A DNA stretch of 64,000 nucleotides, from assembly GCF_000143415.4 (NCBI RefSeq), contig NW_003314383.1, positions 319,340 to 383,339 on the forward strand. Reading direction: 5' to 3'. The position numbers were made by a program, and so were the translations under genes. The notes under the pieces were generated by a model. It saw nothing but the letters and a program-made list of their open reading frames with translations, searched no databases and was not told the origin of the DNA. Positions 43,092-55,515 of the stretch are shown here, one piece after another. The stretch is from Selaginella moellendorffii. Taxonomy: Eukaryota > Plantae > Lycopodiophyta. Positions within the stretch are counted from its first letter, which is position 1. Each line of letters starts with the position of its first letter.

Positions 43092-43281
43092 TTTCTCCTT
43101 TACTTTTCTCTCCCTCTCCTTCTTTCTCGATGTCTTTGAGATCAAATTCTATTTTTCCTCCTCTAGTTGGCTCTCGCTCGCCACAATTTCTCCTTTATTT
43201 TTCTCTCCCTCTCCTTCTTTCTCGATGTCTTTGAGATCAAATTCTATTTTTCCTCCTCTAGTTGGCTCTCGCTTGCCACAA
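43092..43281 (+). repeat. 2 x 95-bp tandem duplication upstream of CYBDOM
   Basis: Near-identical pyrimidine-rich copies starting at 43092 and 43187. Confidence 0.85.
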
Positions 43282-43569
43282 ACACACGCGGGTTATATAG
43301 CCATACCATGCTTGGCCATGGTTGGCGCTGACGCAAGGGTGACGTACCCAGTTTTTGGATCCAATAGTGGCCGGCCAGTGTGAATACTTACGACGGTCAA
43401 TGGTCGTGATTGACAGACCGTGGTCAATCCAGAGGGATTAGGTTACTTGTTTTTCTTGAAAACGGCAAGTCAATGCCGACCACATGAACAAATATTAATT
43501 TATTACCTTTTATCAATTCATTCAGATAGAGATTGAATTTCTGTAAAAGAAAGTCCTCTGACGAATTCA

Positions 43570-43960
43570 AATAGAACCACTATTGAGCATGGGGATTGGG
43601 AAGTGCAACAATGGAGCTTCTTTGATCGAATGCCTGATCCAGATACCATTTCCTGAATTATCATGCTCAAGACGCCTGGGTATCTTAAAGAGGCGAAGAT
43701 CGTGTTTGATCGTATGGAAGGAACAACATCGCCTGGACTGCATCATTGCGGTCTATGTCTAGTCCGTGCACATTGTTGAGAGCGGCAAGGAACGTCGCAT
43801 ATGCCCGACAAAGCCATTTCTCAGATCGAGTTGCATTCGGAACGACCATATTGATGCGATCAGCAGAATTTTGGCACAGGTGTTTCCAAGACTGATATCG
43901 AGCAATAACAAAGATGGAGTCAACCGACGATGCTGCTATGCCCGCCAGCATCGTAGAGGA
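43570..43960 (+). pseudogene. PPR pseudogene fragment
   Basis: ELFDRMPDPDTIS*, EAKIVFDRM; broken by stops and frameshifts. Confidence 0.6.
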
Positions 43961-44499
43961 AGTCATCTCTCTAAAGGCTCGTTTTCAAATCCTTTTGATT
44001 TTCAGTAACTATATAAGACGCCACTCTTCTCCTTTTGATGAAGAAGCGCCTCTGTCCGTGCTGCTCAGTCAAGATGACAATTTGGAGATTCTGACCACAT
44101 GCTCCGAAGTCATGGAAGTCTGTGCCAAACATTGGTGACTGCGGCCTAATTGCTTGGGCAATTTGAGGATGTATAACAGGCAAGCAACGACTTCAACGGT
44201 CCGTAGAGGCAACAGAAACTCCTTTGGCCCTGGTGGATACCGAAACTTTTCTGCTTTTGTTAAAGCAGTCCCTTGGTGAATAAATCTTTGCGCTCGCCCG
44301 AGATTGCCCTCTGCATGGATATAACGTTGGGGAAATAAACCAAAAACGTTATGTTGCGCAGGATCTGGGTAGTGCACTGCCGAGACTGTAGCCAAGCCAA
44401 CCTTGTCATCAACCTTCCTCACGGTTGCCTCCAGCATACACTCAGCCGCTCGCAAAGTAGCACTGCCCATTGTGCTCCCACAGCCTTGTCGTGCACAAA

Positions 44500-46090
44500 C
44501 CAGGGTGCGGCAACATCCAGTCACACCAATTTTTTTTTGGCAAACCAGCATCTCCAAGAAAGGAGCAAGCTGCTTCCTAAAGTGTCTTGTTGACAAGCCG
44601 TGCCATTCTGCTGTTGTGTGTTTGGTATAGAGTACTGACACGCAATCCCTTCATCATCACAAAGCTGATGAATTCTCTGGATGTATATTTATCACCACCA
44701 TCATTGCGAAACTTCTTGAGCTTCTTTCCTGTTTGCAACTCTGCTTTGGTCTTGAAGAGCTTGAACTCACCAAACACCTCTGATTTACGAGAAAGAAACT
44801 TGATGATGCGGGAAAAATTGTCCACAAAGTAAATTATATGCTCACTAGAAAGGGAGGGCATCATACACACATTCGAGCTCTAGAATCTCTATAGCTCTTA
44901 CAACAACACTAGTCTTTAAGGGAAACATGTGCTGCTTTGCAAGAATACACAGCTTACAAAACTTCAGCTTTTGTGAAGTGATGTGCAGACTAGCAACCAT
45001 GCCTGAATGTATAAGCTTTTTGATGTCCTGATAGTGTGTCCAAGCTGTTGATGCCAGGTCTGGAGGTCAACAGGATGCTGGGATCCCACATAAAGAAGGG
45101 TTGAGTAGGGAATTCCAATTCTACATTGAGCCAGTAGAGACCAGCGTGATGCCTCCCACTAGCAATAACACTCTCATTCTTCAGAATCAAGCATTGCATA
45201 AGAGCTCCATGTTGCAATCAACGACCTTACCAACCGAGAAGAGGGATTTCTTGATGCCAGGGACATGCTATGGCAGCCACAACCTTCCCATAAGTAAAGG
45301 GGACTTTGATGGTGCCTATGCCACACATGCTGTGGGAGTAGTCATCACTATGCTTACCCTCTGGAATCACGTCCAAGCAACTGAAGAGTTCCTGGATGTG
45401 TGTTGGCGCTACTGTCAAGCCAAAAAGCTCTCATTGATTGGGAAACTCAAGCTTAGAGTCTGTAGTTGCAAGGGCCTGGAGATCAATGTTTGAAGTCATG
45501 AACAAGCTGTCACCATTTTGAGCATTGTCATCTGCCCGAGCATAGTTCACTGCCTGCCTTTATGGATTTCTTTAGCTGGCTTGGTTGCTTCTATGCAGTC
45601 ATGTGCAAAGTGGCCAGGTTTTTTGCAGATATTACACAAGCCATTATTCTTGCACTTCTTGTCCTTCTTTTTCTTGTGGTTCTACCCATTGCGCTTACGA
45701 TCCTTGGGCTACACCCTCCTGGTGCAGCCCGAGCATGTGCCAGACAGAGACTTTGGCTGAAGAGTTCGCAAACATGGCAAGATTGGAAGGAATGTCTTCA
45801 ACCGATTGGGACAGCAATGGGCAAGCATGTTAGTGACCACCCATTGGTGGGTGCTTAAAGAGCTGACAATATCTTGGACCACCAAATTTGGTCTTAAGCT
45901 GATACAGCTTTCAAATTACTCACAAATGCTCATGTGTTGCATTTTCCAATCCTTGACACCATCTGGGGCCTAACAAAGCTCAAAGATCTCCTGAGATTCT
46001 TCTCCATGTAAAAGTGCTCCATCAGCCAAGGAAATCCTTCCCATCGAACACTTTGAGCAAGTCTTTGTTAGGAACCATTCCACCATGATG
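44500..46090 (-). mobile_element. Ty1/copia retrotransposon remnant (gag, GAG-pre-integrase, integrase)
   Basis: CNICKKPGHFAHDC zinc knuckle (~45600-45640), WHQQLGH, and the rve core FVDNFSR...KSEVFGEFK...FRNDGGDKYTSREF. Confidence 0.8.
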
Positions 46091-46689
46091 AACTAGAGAA
46101 AGAAGACAAAGAACACACACATGATATCCCCATAGTTCCCCTTGCACATACTAAAGAAACAAAGTTACATATATGACCTGCTGGCCAACTGCTTACCAGC
46201 TAACTGCCTCTCTAGAGGGCTCTAGAAGACTCTCAAACGTTCTGGAGAGCTTCCTAGAATATCCACAACATGGGATATCCTAAAAGTGTGCAGCCTGAGG
46301 ATTACAACAGGCCTGAAACACAAGGCTGGAGATGGAAATCCTGCACTGTGTGTGCTGCGCCCTGGTTTGAGCTTCAATGGCCAGCACTACTTTGCAAGCG
46401 GCTATGCCTGAGGAAGGGGCGCGTGGAAGGTTACAGTCTTAGAATTGCACTACCAAGATCCTGCACATCATATCGTCTCCGGTTTGTTTCCCCGTCGTTC
46501 TATCCATGCAGAGGGCAATTTGGTCATCTTTGCGGAGTCAGGGCGAGGGGTTTATTACTTGAACACAATTTGCCAAGGGACTGCATTATCGGCCACACTT
46601 AAAAGCGGAAAAGTGCACACCGCCATCCAAATCCTCACGTTTGCTGCTTCTTAAAACACCCAATCTCCTGGATTAGCAAACCGGATCAA

Positions 46690-47600
46690 GGAGGCTCAAA
46701 TACCTCTTTTCTCCATCATCTCAAAGAGCTCGAGAGGAAAGTCGCTTGCACCGCTGTTCTTGCATCCTCTCGAACGATTCAGGCAGTGTATTCTTGATGG
46801 CTGTTTCCTAATCAGTGCGTTCCAAGTTACCGGGACTCTCCTCCCCACGGGAGTTCGCTCAGATTCCACCATGCTGCCGTGGAGAGAAGTTTACCACAGA
46901 TTTGCAGCATCCGGAACTCTGGTGGACTTCTCCCAGTAGTTCCACCTTGATCCTGTCGAAAGCTCAGCAAACTCGATGTTCCCACACTTTACGTATGGGT
47001 CCACCAGGCTACTCGCCACGAAAATGTCTTGGTCAAGTCCAGATTTTGCAGCTCGAGAGTGTATACATTTCACTCTCTCGAAACAACAAGCCTTGTTAGC
47101 TTTCCTTTCCACCTTTGCTACCACGCTCGAACAGGCTTTTAGTGCTGCGAGATAAGTCATGCGATCTGGACTCCAGCCTTCTTGCATTCTCCAAAACAAC
47201 TAAAAAAAGATTATTATGTTTTGATTTGAAAGTGGCTTTAAGATCAGTAGTGCAGCATCACCCTGGCATAACTTTGAATCAGTGCACTCAAGGAAGCTAC
47301 CTCCAACTTACAACTGCACCTCATTGCCTGCGATTGATATGCCATGCCTTGCTCGAAGCAAGTAATTTTCACATCTTTCCATGGATTTCCTATACACCGT
47401 CTGTTGTATTTGCTGTAGATTTCACGCAAGCTTTCAATGCCACAAGGAAAGAAGCTCGATTCGGCATGAAGCCTTCACTTTTTGTCCCGAAACCCATCCC
47501 ACCTTCACCATTCACACATTCCAGAATTAGGCTGGACTATCAAAGACAAGCTTCCACAACCAGCGTACGTAGCAATCAGCGTGTTGGCAACTGAAGAACC
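46690..47600 (-). pseudogene. PPR pseudogene fragments
   Basis: FWRMQEGWSPDRMTYLAALKACS...DIFVASSLVDPYVKCG. Confidence 0.65.
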
Positions 47601-47790
47601 AAATACACACCCAGCTTGAGCAGCCAAAAGAGTGTACTGCTAAGACCTTCTCCAGGCACTGAACTAGCTGGTCCCATCTATCTTTTTGCCTTTCTCCTTC
47701 TTGAAGAGGATTTCCCTTTTAAGGGTTTTTCAAATTCCTAAAAAAATGAATATTCTTTTTATATGCTTTGCAATAAATATAAATATTAAG

Positions 47791-48490
47791 TGTGAGGTCC
47801 AAGTGTATAGCTATGATACCGTATATTAATATTAGCATTGGGATTTTGGTAGTTGTTGGATTGGTTTCAACGTAAACCATTCACTACTGTACATAAATTA
47901 AAGTTTTTGGGTTAATTGATATGCACATTTTTTATATTCCCTTTATATACATTAGTGGAGATGAAAGGCACTTTTGATTATCCCTGAGGAGTGGTTGGAT
48001 TTGGGATTTTGGTTTAGATCTAGCTTTTGCATTGTCTAGGTCTAGCTTTTTTCATTTCATTTCTTTTGTTTTTTCTTTTTAGGATTTTAGTTTAAATCTA
48101 ACTTTTGCATTATTTAGATCTCTTTTTTTTAAATTTTTTTTTTTCATGTTTCTTCTTTTGCTTTTCCTTTTTCATTCATCTTTATGGCAGAGTAGCAGTC
48201 TCCTCTTACTTTGACTCTTGAGCAGCAGTTGGTGCAATTGCTTGATGTTATGCAATTATAATTAAACAACCAAACTCAATTGATGGGGGCATTCACGGCA
48301 TGTGGTATAACTCTTCCTGCTCTTGGTGTCAATCCTCACATTTGGCCAGAATTCTTTCATGGGAATTTTGGGGATGATATGTACTATTGGTTTGATCATT
48401 TCACAGTGATTGCCACATATCATTCTTGGGATGATGTTTGATGTTTGTGTGAGTTTCCCATGTGTTTCCAAGGGATGGCATTGTAGTAGT
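47791..48490 (+). mobile_element. Third copy of the gypsy 5' LTR/leader/gag start seen at 1140-1840
   Basis: tgaggtccaagtgtatagctatgatac... matches the reverse complement of ~1800-1840. ORF 48262..48471 is homologous to 1145..1351. Confidence 0.8.
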
Positions 48491-49439
48491 ATTGATTAGT
48501 TTTTCAAGTTTTATTATTTGTGGTCATATACATAAGCTCTTATTGTTGCCCATCCATAAACACAATAACTAAAGTCAAAATATACCTAAGATTCCTTCTT
48601 GCATTTGTCAAACCAAGTCAACTCCACTACTTAGTCCTTTGGTGGATATCTTCATCATGTAACAATGTTAGTTGTTGTCATTGTTTACTTGGAATAAACC
48701 TTCAAAACAATAATTTTTATGTGTTTTATGAGGAATTAAATATTGCTTATTTCATCCTTGTCAAGCCTAAATTCTCTTTGAACTTTATACAACCAATGCT
48801 TTAGCCTAAAATTGTTGCATTTGATTAATGGAAGCTATTATCTTTTGATATTTATCTTCTGTCATCCTTGATATCCCCCATGTATATGAATAAATCTTGA
48901 ATTTGATGCTTTGTTACGTATTCATTATCCTTGTCAAATTTAGTAAAGAATTCTTTGGCAACAACTTCCTTTATGATCATATGCATGACTAACCTAGGAC
49001 CTTTCAATTTACTAGCCTTTTCCTCCACCATTGTATGTAGATTCTGTTACTCTCACCTACTCTTTCGGATTGGGATGTCATGGTTGTGGAAATGATGCCT
49101 TGTGAAGTTGGTATCATTTAGGCAATTGTTTGCAATATAAGCATTTCAACAATCTTTTATCCCCCTTTTTCCTTGAAGAGTCGTTGCCCTACCATTGAAC
49201 TCTAGCCTTCTCAGCTAATGTTGTAGCAATGCTTTCAATCCAATCTCATTTTTTGGGTGTCTCTATTGTTTGAAAGAAATTACAAAAAGAGTTATCACAT
49301 TTAATCATTCTAACACATTAGAAAGACATATTTTGGCAAATTCTTAATCATTGTTGTAAGGAACCAACTCCCCGAGGTGTCATAGGGTAAAAGGATCTCT
49401 GAAAGCACGACCGAAATGATAAAGAGTTCATTGGATGGA

Positions 49440-49710
49440 ACCGAGTATGAGATCGAGTCCAAGACCGACTCTAAGACCGAGTTTGAGATAGAGTTCGGGA
49501 TCGAGTCTGAGGCCAACTCCGAGACCGAGTTCGAGACCGAGTTTAAGACGGAGTCCAAGATCTGAGATTGGGTCTGAGACCGAGTCCAAGGTCGAGTCCG
49601 AGGTCGAGTTCAAGATCAAGTTTGAGGTTGAGTCCGAGATCGAGTTCGAGACTAAGTCCGAGGTCGGGTTTGAGATCGAGTTCGAGGTCGAGTCTGAGAC
49701 CAAGTTCGAC
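49440..49710 (+). repeat. Degenerate 12-bp tandem minisatellite (GAGTCCGAGATC-like)
   Basis: About 20 imperfect units; produces SxSD/RSSP periodic ORFs. Confidence 0.8.
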
Positions 49711-51624
49711 TACTAATACAGGTCAAGGGGTGAAAGCCCAAAGCATGTGTCTCCTGGGGGGGGGGGCTGTAGAGGGTTCCAAAAGTATAGTAGGGATAGT
49801 GAAGTCCAGGAACTAGTCTTGAAGGAACTCTCCAATGGTACTTCCAAACTGACTTAAGGTTGAGACTGGGGCCAAGGGGCGTTGGGTGGGAGTGAGCATG
49901 GACTTAGGTGGTGCCAGAGGGGCCACCCAAGGAAGTGGTCACGAGCAGCTCCCACTCTCGGAAGGGAAACCGACTGCAGTGCTTCCAGCTCATAAGCTCT
50001 ATTTCGTTAAAGTGGGATTTATTCAGTAAAATGGGACTAGGTACAAATTTTTAAGTATTTGAAAATGACGTGAAATTATATGTTTTTTGTCTAGGGGCTA
50101 GACATATCTGGGGTATGGTGACTAGCGCGGTGACTTTGTGTCCAGACTGAGTCCATCTGGTTGTATAATAAATCTCATTGTCAAGGTGAACAAGCCGAAT
50201 CTGAAGCTAAAGAAGAGCGATGGCATGCGCGCACACACTATTTGTTTGTTCATTGAGCGTGTGGTGAGCTTTCCAAGATGAACGTCATTCCTATTAGCCA
50301 GACATATAACTTAATGGTGAGAACATTTAGATATTATTCAATGTTATCTTTTTCTAATGAATCTAATTGTGAAGGTGTAGCAAGAGGCATTGCTAGTCTG
50401 GAGAAGTCATTTAACTCATTTGACCCTTAGTGTATTTTCATGAAACTAAATAACATTCATATTATTAAGGAATTTCTCTAGTACCTTTTTTTTACGACAT
50501 AGAGGCTTGCATTTCTTTCAAAGGTGATTTAGTAAAAGGCTTGAGGGCACATGCCATTCTATTTCTCAGACCAGTATTAAGATATACTAGTGCAAAGGGA
50601 AAAAGGTATTTGGTGATCAAGTAAATGGCATGAGGGCACACGCCATTATAAGCCTAAGCGCTAGTGGACACCTCCTTTTTGGTACTCTCAGCGGTACTAT
50701 CATCCTTCTCCGGGTCAGTTGTTTTGCTTTGGATTGTTGTCTCTAACGTTACTGGGGCATTCTCGATAGTTGTTAATGTTGCCGTTTGTTCAGAAAAATG
50801 ATCACCTAGAGTATAGTACGGGGAGTTTGGAAGACTTATATATTTTACATCTTCACCTATCTCCTTCTCCGTCTCCTTTTCTGCCTCACTTACAGATTTT
50901 GTGCTTGCCATGAGAACGCTCTTCACCCTAAAATATGGAGTTCATTGTGTTATAAAAGGAAACCAACACACACGCTGCAAGGGAATGATGGTACATAAAG
51001 CACGTAAGCCCACAATATGGGTTTATGTGCCATTAATATGGGCCACATGCCATATTATTAGATTTATGCACGTGTGATTGGTAAATGCATATGTCACATC
51101 ATTTTTGTTTTACCTCACACACTATATCAGGCCTAATGAACCATATCACATGTGCGCACATGCTATATATATGGAGAAGTATTATGCAAGGATAGAAAAA
51201 TTCAATGCATGATTGTGGAGAGCAATGGCATGAAGCCACATGCTAAATAACATTTTAGAGAAAGAATTAAAATAGAAACATGCAAACACTACTGAGTGGA
51301 CCAAGACTTAGAAGTGCACAATTGAATGAGGTATTTCTAATAAATATTTCACTCACCTTATATAGGAATGGCTACCACTCTCAAATGGCATATCGCCTCA
51401 TGCCATCACCTCGCAATTTGTTATAACAATCCGATGAATTCATATTCGGCTTGTTCACCTTGAACTTTAAGTAAGATTTGCTAGAACAACTAAGAATTTA
51501 TACTTGTTATTTGTATCATCTCACCTAGGAATGGCATAAGGCCACATGCCATCACGCCTCCTCTGATTCAGATTCAGATTGTTCACCTTGAAATAAAATA
51601 CATTAGAAACTTAGTAAAGGAATA

Positions 51625-54600
51625 TTAATGAATCTCACCTTGAACTCGGGTTATGAATGCTCTTGTTGCATCTCTTGCATGGTCTGGCAAGGTGATGGTG
51701 GCACTCTGCTTCCGCATCCAACCATGCACAACATTATCCACTGATATGCTCATGCTGAGATCCCTTGGATTCAGCACCCATCTCTTTTCTAGGCAATCCT
51801 TTGTATATCCAGAACTTGGCTTGAACCACTCCATAGTTACATTGAAGGAGTTAGTTTCCGCGTCCTCCTCTGCATCAGTGATGCAGTGCCCCACCCATAT
51901 CATTTGTTTTTTATTACTGGGTCTGACAAGCACGACCATTCCTTTGCAGACCTGTACTGGATTGAATGCTGAATTCGGCTTCTTGTTCCTCGGCCCACAA
52001 TAGTGATCCTCAACATCGTTATCTGTCACTGCATTTCCAGAGGACATTGTTCCGCTACTATCTGGTGCTCTGGGTTCTGGCCAAAAGGACTCTTCCAATT
52101 CTTCATATACAACCGGCCCATTTTGGATAGTAGATATAATCTTCTCCCAGTATTCGAGCAAAGGCTTGCACCTCTGAAAATAGGATTCTCCACCAAACAC
52201 CAACCCCCTCTTCCAAAAGGCAATATGCTGTCTAATCCCGGCCACTATACTTTCCTGGTCTTTGAGTCCATCCGGGTGCGTCGGCCGTGGGGAACCCTGA
52301 GGAATCATAGGTTCCTTAGTTATGGGATCTCTCTTGAAGAGTTCAATGCCGTCCACTGGCAGCCACACTGTGTCCCATTTTCTCATCTTGTACTTCATCA
52401 CTGGAGCACCGTCACGCATGCTGAAATGAAACTGAAGAGGCTTGGAGTGGCCAATCAGCGTTTCGGATCCGTCCCTGATGTAGCCTCTTACAAACCCCTT
52501 AAAGTCTGGAACCTCTGTCACAAGTGCAGCTTCAACAGTGCCTTTGATGCAATTTTGGAATTCATCGTAGAGTTGTGGGAGGGTGAGGACATTGGATCGC
52601 TGGAGGGACTTTGCCAAGTGACTGAACATGGCATCGACGTCTTCATGAGTGTGCCCAACAATGAGAAAGCCAAGTGTAACTATTTCAAATATGCCTTTGG
52701 CAACAAGCATCGCCAAGTACGCGAAGACGTACATGTTTTTGTTCTCACTGCCAGCATTGTCTGTTTGGAGCAGAAGATGGGGTGGAAAGCCACATCGGCC
52801 GCAAGAACTTCCTTGAGATTCTGCTTCGTTTGGATGAGGCTGTGCATTCACCGGGCGACCAGCCTCGTCAGAATGGCATGAGGCCTCACGTGATAACCCT
52901 ACAATCTGACGGCCAACATATTCACTAGGATGGCATGGGGCCCCACGCGATACTGCAAGCCTTTGCTCCTCCTCCAGCTGAACCCTGTATGGGGTTCAAT
53001 CGACAAGGGCCTTATGCAAGGGTTGGCCGTTCAGCTCAGTCTGCGCACTTTGCAGAGACCTTAAGTGTTTTGCTAGGGACGCAATCATCATGTTTGCACC
53101 CCCACCACCCCATAGAGGTACAAAGAAGTTCCCATAGTTCTGGGCACCATGCCCATGAGCGATTATGCCAAACAGAGACATAGGCAGCTGCATGGATGAA
53201 GAGATTGCCTTGGGGGCAGGATTGAGTCGAGGTAAGCACGTCTTTTTCTGGTCCATTTTGTCGTGGATGATGCAGAGGTAAGAGTCAGGTCTCTCCATGG
53301 AGAGAATCCTGTTATGATAATATGCAGTCCTGTAGCTTCTCTGCTTCTCTGCTGTAGCCACCTTCTAACCAACATCTCTCGCTCTTGAGCGCTGCAAGAA
53401 TTCTTTGACAAAGCCATTTTGATAGCAGTGCACTCGTCACACTTTGAAAAGCTGGAGTACTTTCCTATACTCACATCCCTGAACCTGTTGCTCCACAATC
53501 TACTAAATCTAGATTGGCTTAGCTTCCTGTAGCCATTACTCTGGAGTTCCCGATTCATATCTTCCAATATGGCCCCCTTGGTATACATGGAAGGGAGAAT
53601 TTGTTGGGTGTCTCGTGTTCCATCTTCCAAGAGGCGGGTTTTATGTGGTTGCTGCTTGCTACATGTCTCGACAAACCTCTTGAAGATTGCCTCTCCATAT
53701 ACAACATGACCCCTGGTTTTGTGCGTACCGTCGTTCCCATGGACTGCCTGTTGAACCCTTTGTTCCTCGAACTCAGTTTTGATTCTGTAGAATGTGGTTC
53801 GAGGGACTCCATAAATGATTCTCCATGCCTTCATGCAGACCAAACCCCTCTGGAAGACCATGCCCCCCACCTGATGTTCTGAAGCATCAACAGATGACCG
53901 TAATGCCTCATACACAAAATTGTGAGCTGCCTTCCAGGACAATGTCTTGTATCTTGCTCTCTCCTCTTCAATAGCATCCCAATCAGCATGTTGACAGCAC
54001 CTCCTCTTGCAACAAGCAATTGTCGAGACCATTCGAACCTCCATCGCCATTTTCTACCTTTTCGATTTGTTGCTCAGATCCCTTTGGCTGTGCTTTAGGA
54101 AGGTGTACTTTCTTTTCCCATGAAGAGATGTTCTGTCATCAGTTGTAGTGGTGTTTGATTGTGAATCCTTCACATTCTCAAACACTAAGTGCCTCAATTT
54201 CCACCGCACAATGCTTCCAATAGTCAGATTGTTTTCTTCTGTGTCAACAACCTCTAAAATCGCAACTCCAATATCATCCCAGCCCAATTCTTGATTAGCA
54301 ACCGCATCTCTTGGATCGACAACTGTGGCTAAGCCCTCAGTTACCACCTCCCCCTCAGGGTTGTTTAGAAACACCTTTGCCTGAATCCATGTAGCACGGT
54401 TCTTAAGATCCACGGAGGGAACATGCGTCGCAGTTGCGCTGTCCCCAACATCTGCTTTCTTCTGAAGATTTTTCAAGGCAACAACAACATTTACCCCGAC
54501 GACCATCTCTCCTCGTTCAATAGCGACCACATTCCCATCGAAGATAGTCTCTACTGATATAGCAGCATTGCCTTCCCCAAGCCTTTGACAGTGTATAACA

Positions 54601-54690
54601 AAGTTCCGATCCATAGACACAAGCGTCCCTTTTGCAACTCTCTTCCCACCATTCAAAATGTAAACCTTTTCCCCAACCCTGAAGGCGATT
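51625..54690 (-). pseudogene. Sola-like DDD (RNase H-fold) transposase with two N-terminal Tnp1/En/Spm-like repeats; 2 in-frame stops and 1 frameshift
   Basis: FSKCDEC, IIHDKMDQKK, LLLQTDNAGSENKN, FLIVGHTHEDVDAMFS. Stops at 54054 (TAG) and 52996 (TGA). Frameshift near 53360. Confidence 0.75.
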
Positions 54691-54877
54691 CTGAAAGTGC
54701 AGAAAAGAAGTTAAGACCATACAAAAAATGATTGGAGAATGGCCTAAATCATAACATACCAAACAACCTCAATAGCATGAGGCCACATGCCATTATTCAA
54801 ACATGCTATTGACACCCACGTGAAATTTCGCATTCACAAAATTGGCATGAGCCCTCATGCCATTAGTGGTACCACTA

Positions 54878-55069
54878 ATGGCATGAGGCCTCACGCTATC
54901 TTTGGCCCCTACTAGCCTGTTGCTATACTCCTTTTACCTTGCTGCAACTGTCTATATTTTTGTGGCCATGACTAGTCACCCATACAAAAATATATACAGT
55001 TGCAGCAAGGCAAAAGGAATATGGCAATAGGCTAGCAGGGGCCAAAGATGGCATGAGGCCTCATGCCAT
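54878..55069. repeat. ~190-bp inverted repeat (~86-bp arms) ending in the 22-bp palindrome
   Basis: The left arm 54878-54963 is the near-perfect reverse complement of 54984-55069. Confidence 0.9.
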
Positions 55070-55515
55070 CTTGATATACACACAGCTGCAGGCAAGTAAA
55101 AACATACATGACAATACGCTAGCCATGAAATTGCAAGGGCCCAAGATGGCATGTGGCCTCATGCCATTTTTAAATGTGGTCCTAAGCCATTCCATGGTGA
55201 ACATACTAGGAAGCACAAGTGCCGAATATCAAGAGGAAGCGGTAGCCACACCAAAGACAGTGCCACTCGCAACACCGCAACTACTCGTAGCGCCGCTCGC
55301 AACACCACAACTGCTCGTAGCGCCGCTCGCACAAACTGCCACTCGCATAAACTGCCGCTCGCAATGGCGCTCGCAATGCCGCAACCGCTTGTAAACGCAT
55401 AAACCACAGCTCACAACGCCGCTTACACAAGCAGCACTCACTGCACTCAGCGGAACCAAGAACACGGCGCACAAAAATGATAGACCTAGGAATGAGTTTG
55501 AGAATTCAAAAATAA

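Noticed and set aside
49310-49816. Ser/Asp- and Arg/Ser-rich ORFs
   Set aside because: By-products of a 12-bp minisatellite.
49980-50160. Candidate left terminal inverted repeat of the large transposon
   Set aside because: No matching inverted sequence was found near 63.7-64 kb, so the terminus cannot be assigned within this window.
50654-50926. S/T/E-rich minus-strand ORF preceded by an acceptor-like AG
   Set aside because: It may be a terminal exon, but no upstream exon or domain could be linked to it.
52003-52881. 292-aa plus-strand ORF
   Set aside because: Antisense to the transposase, with no motifs.
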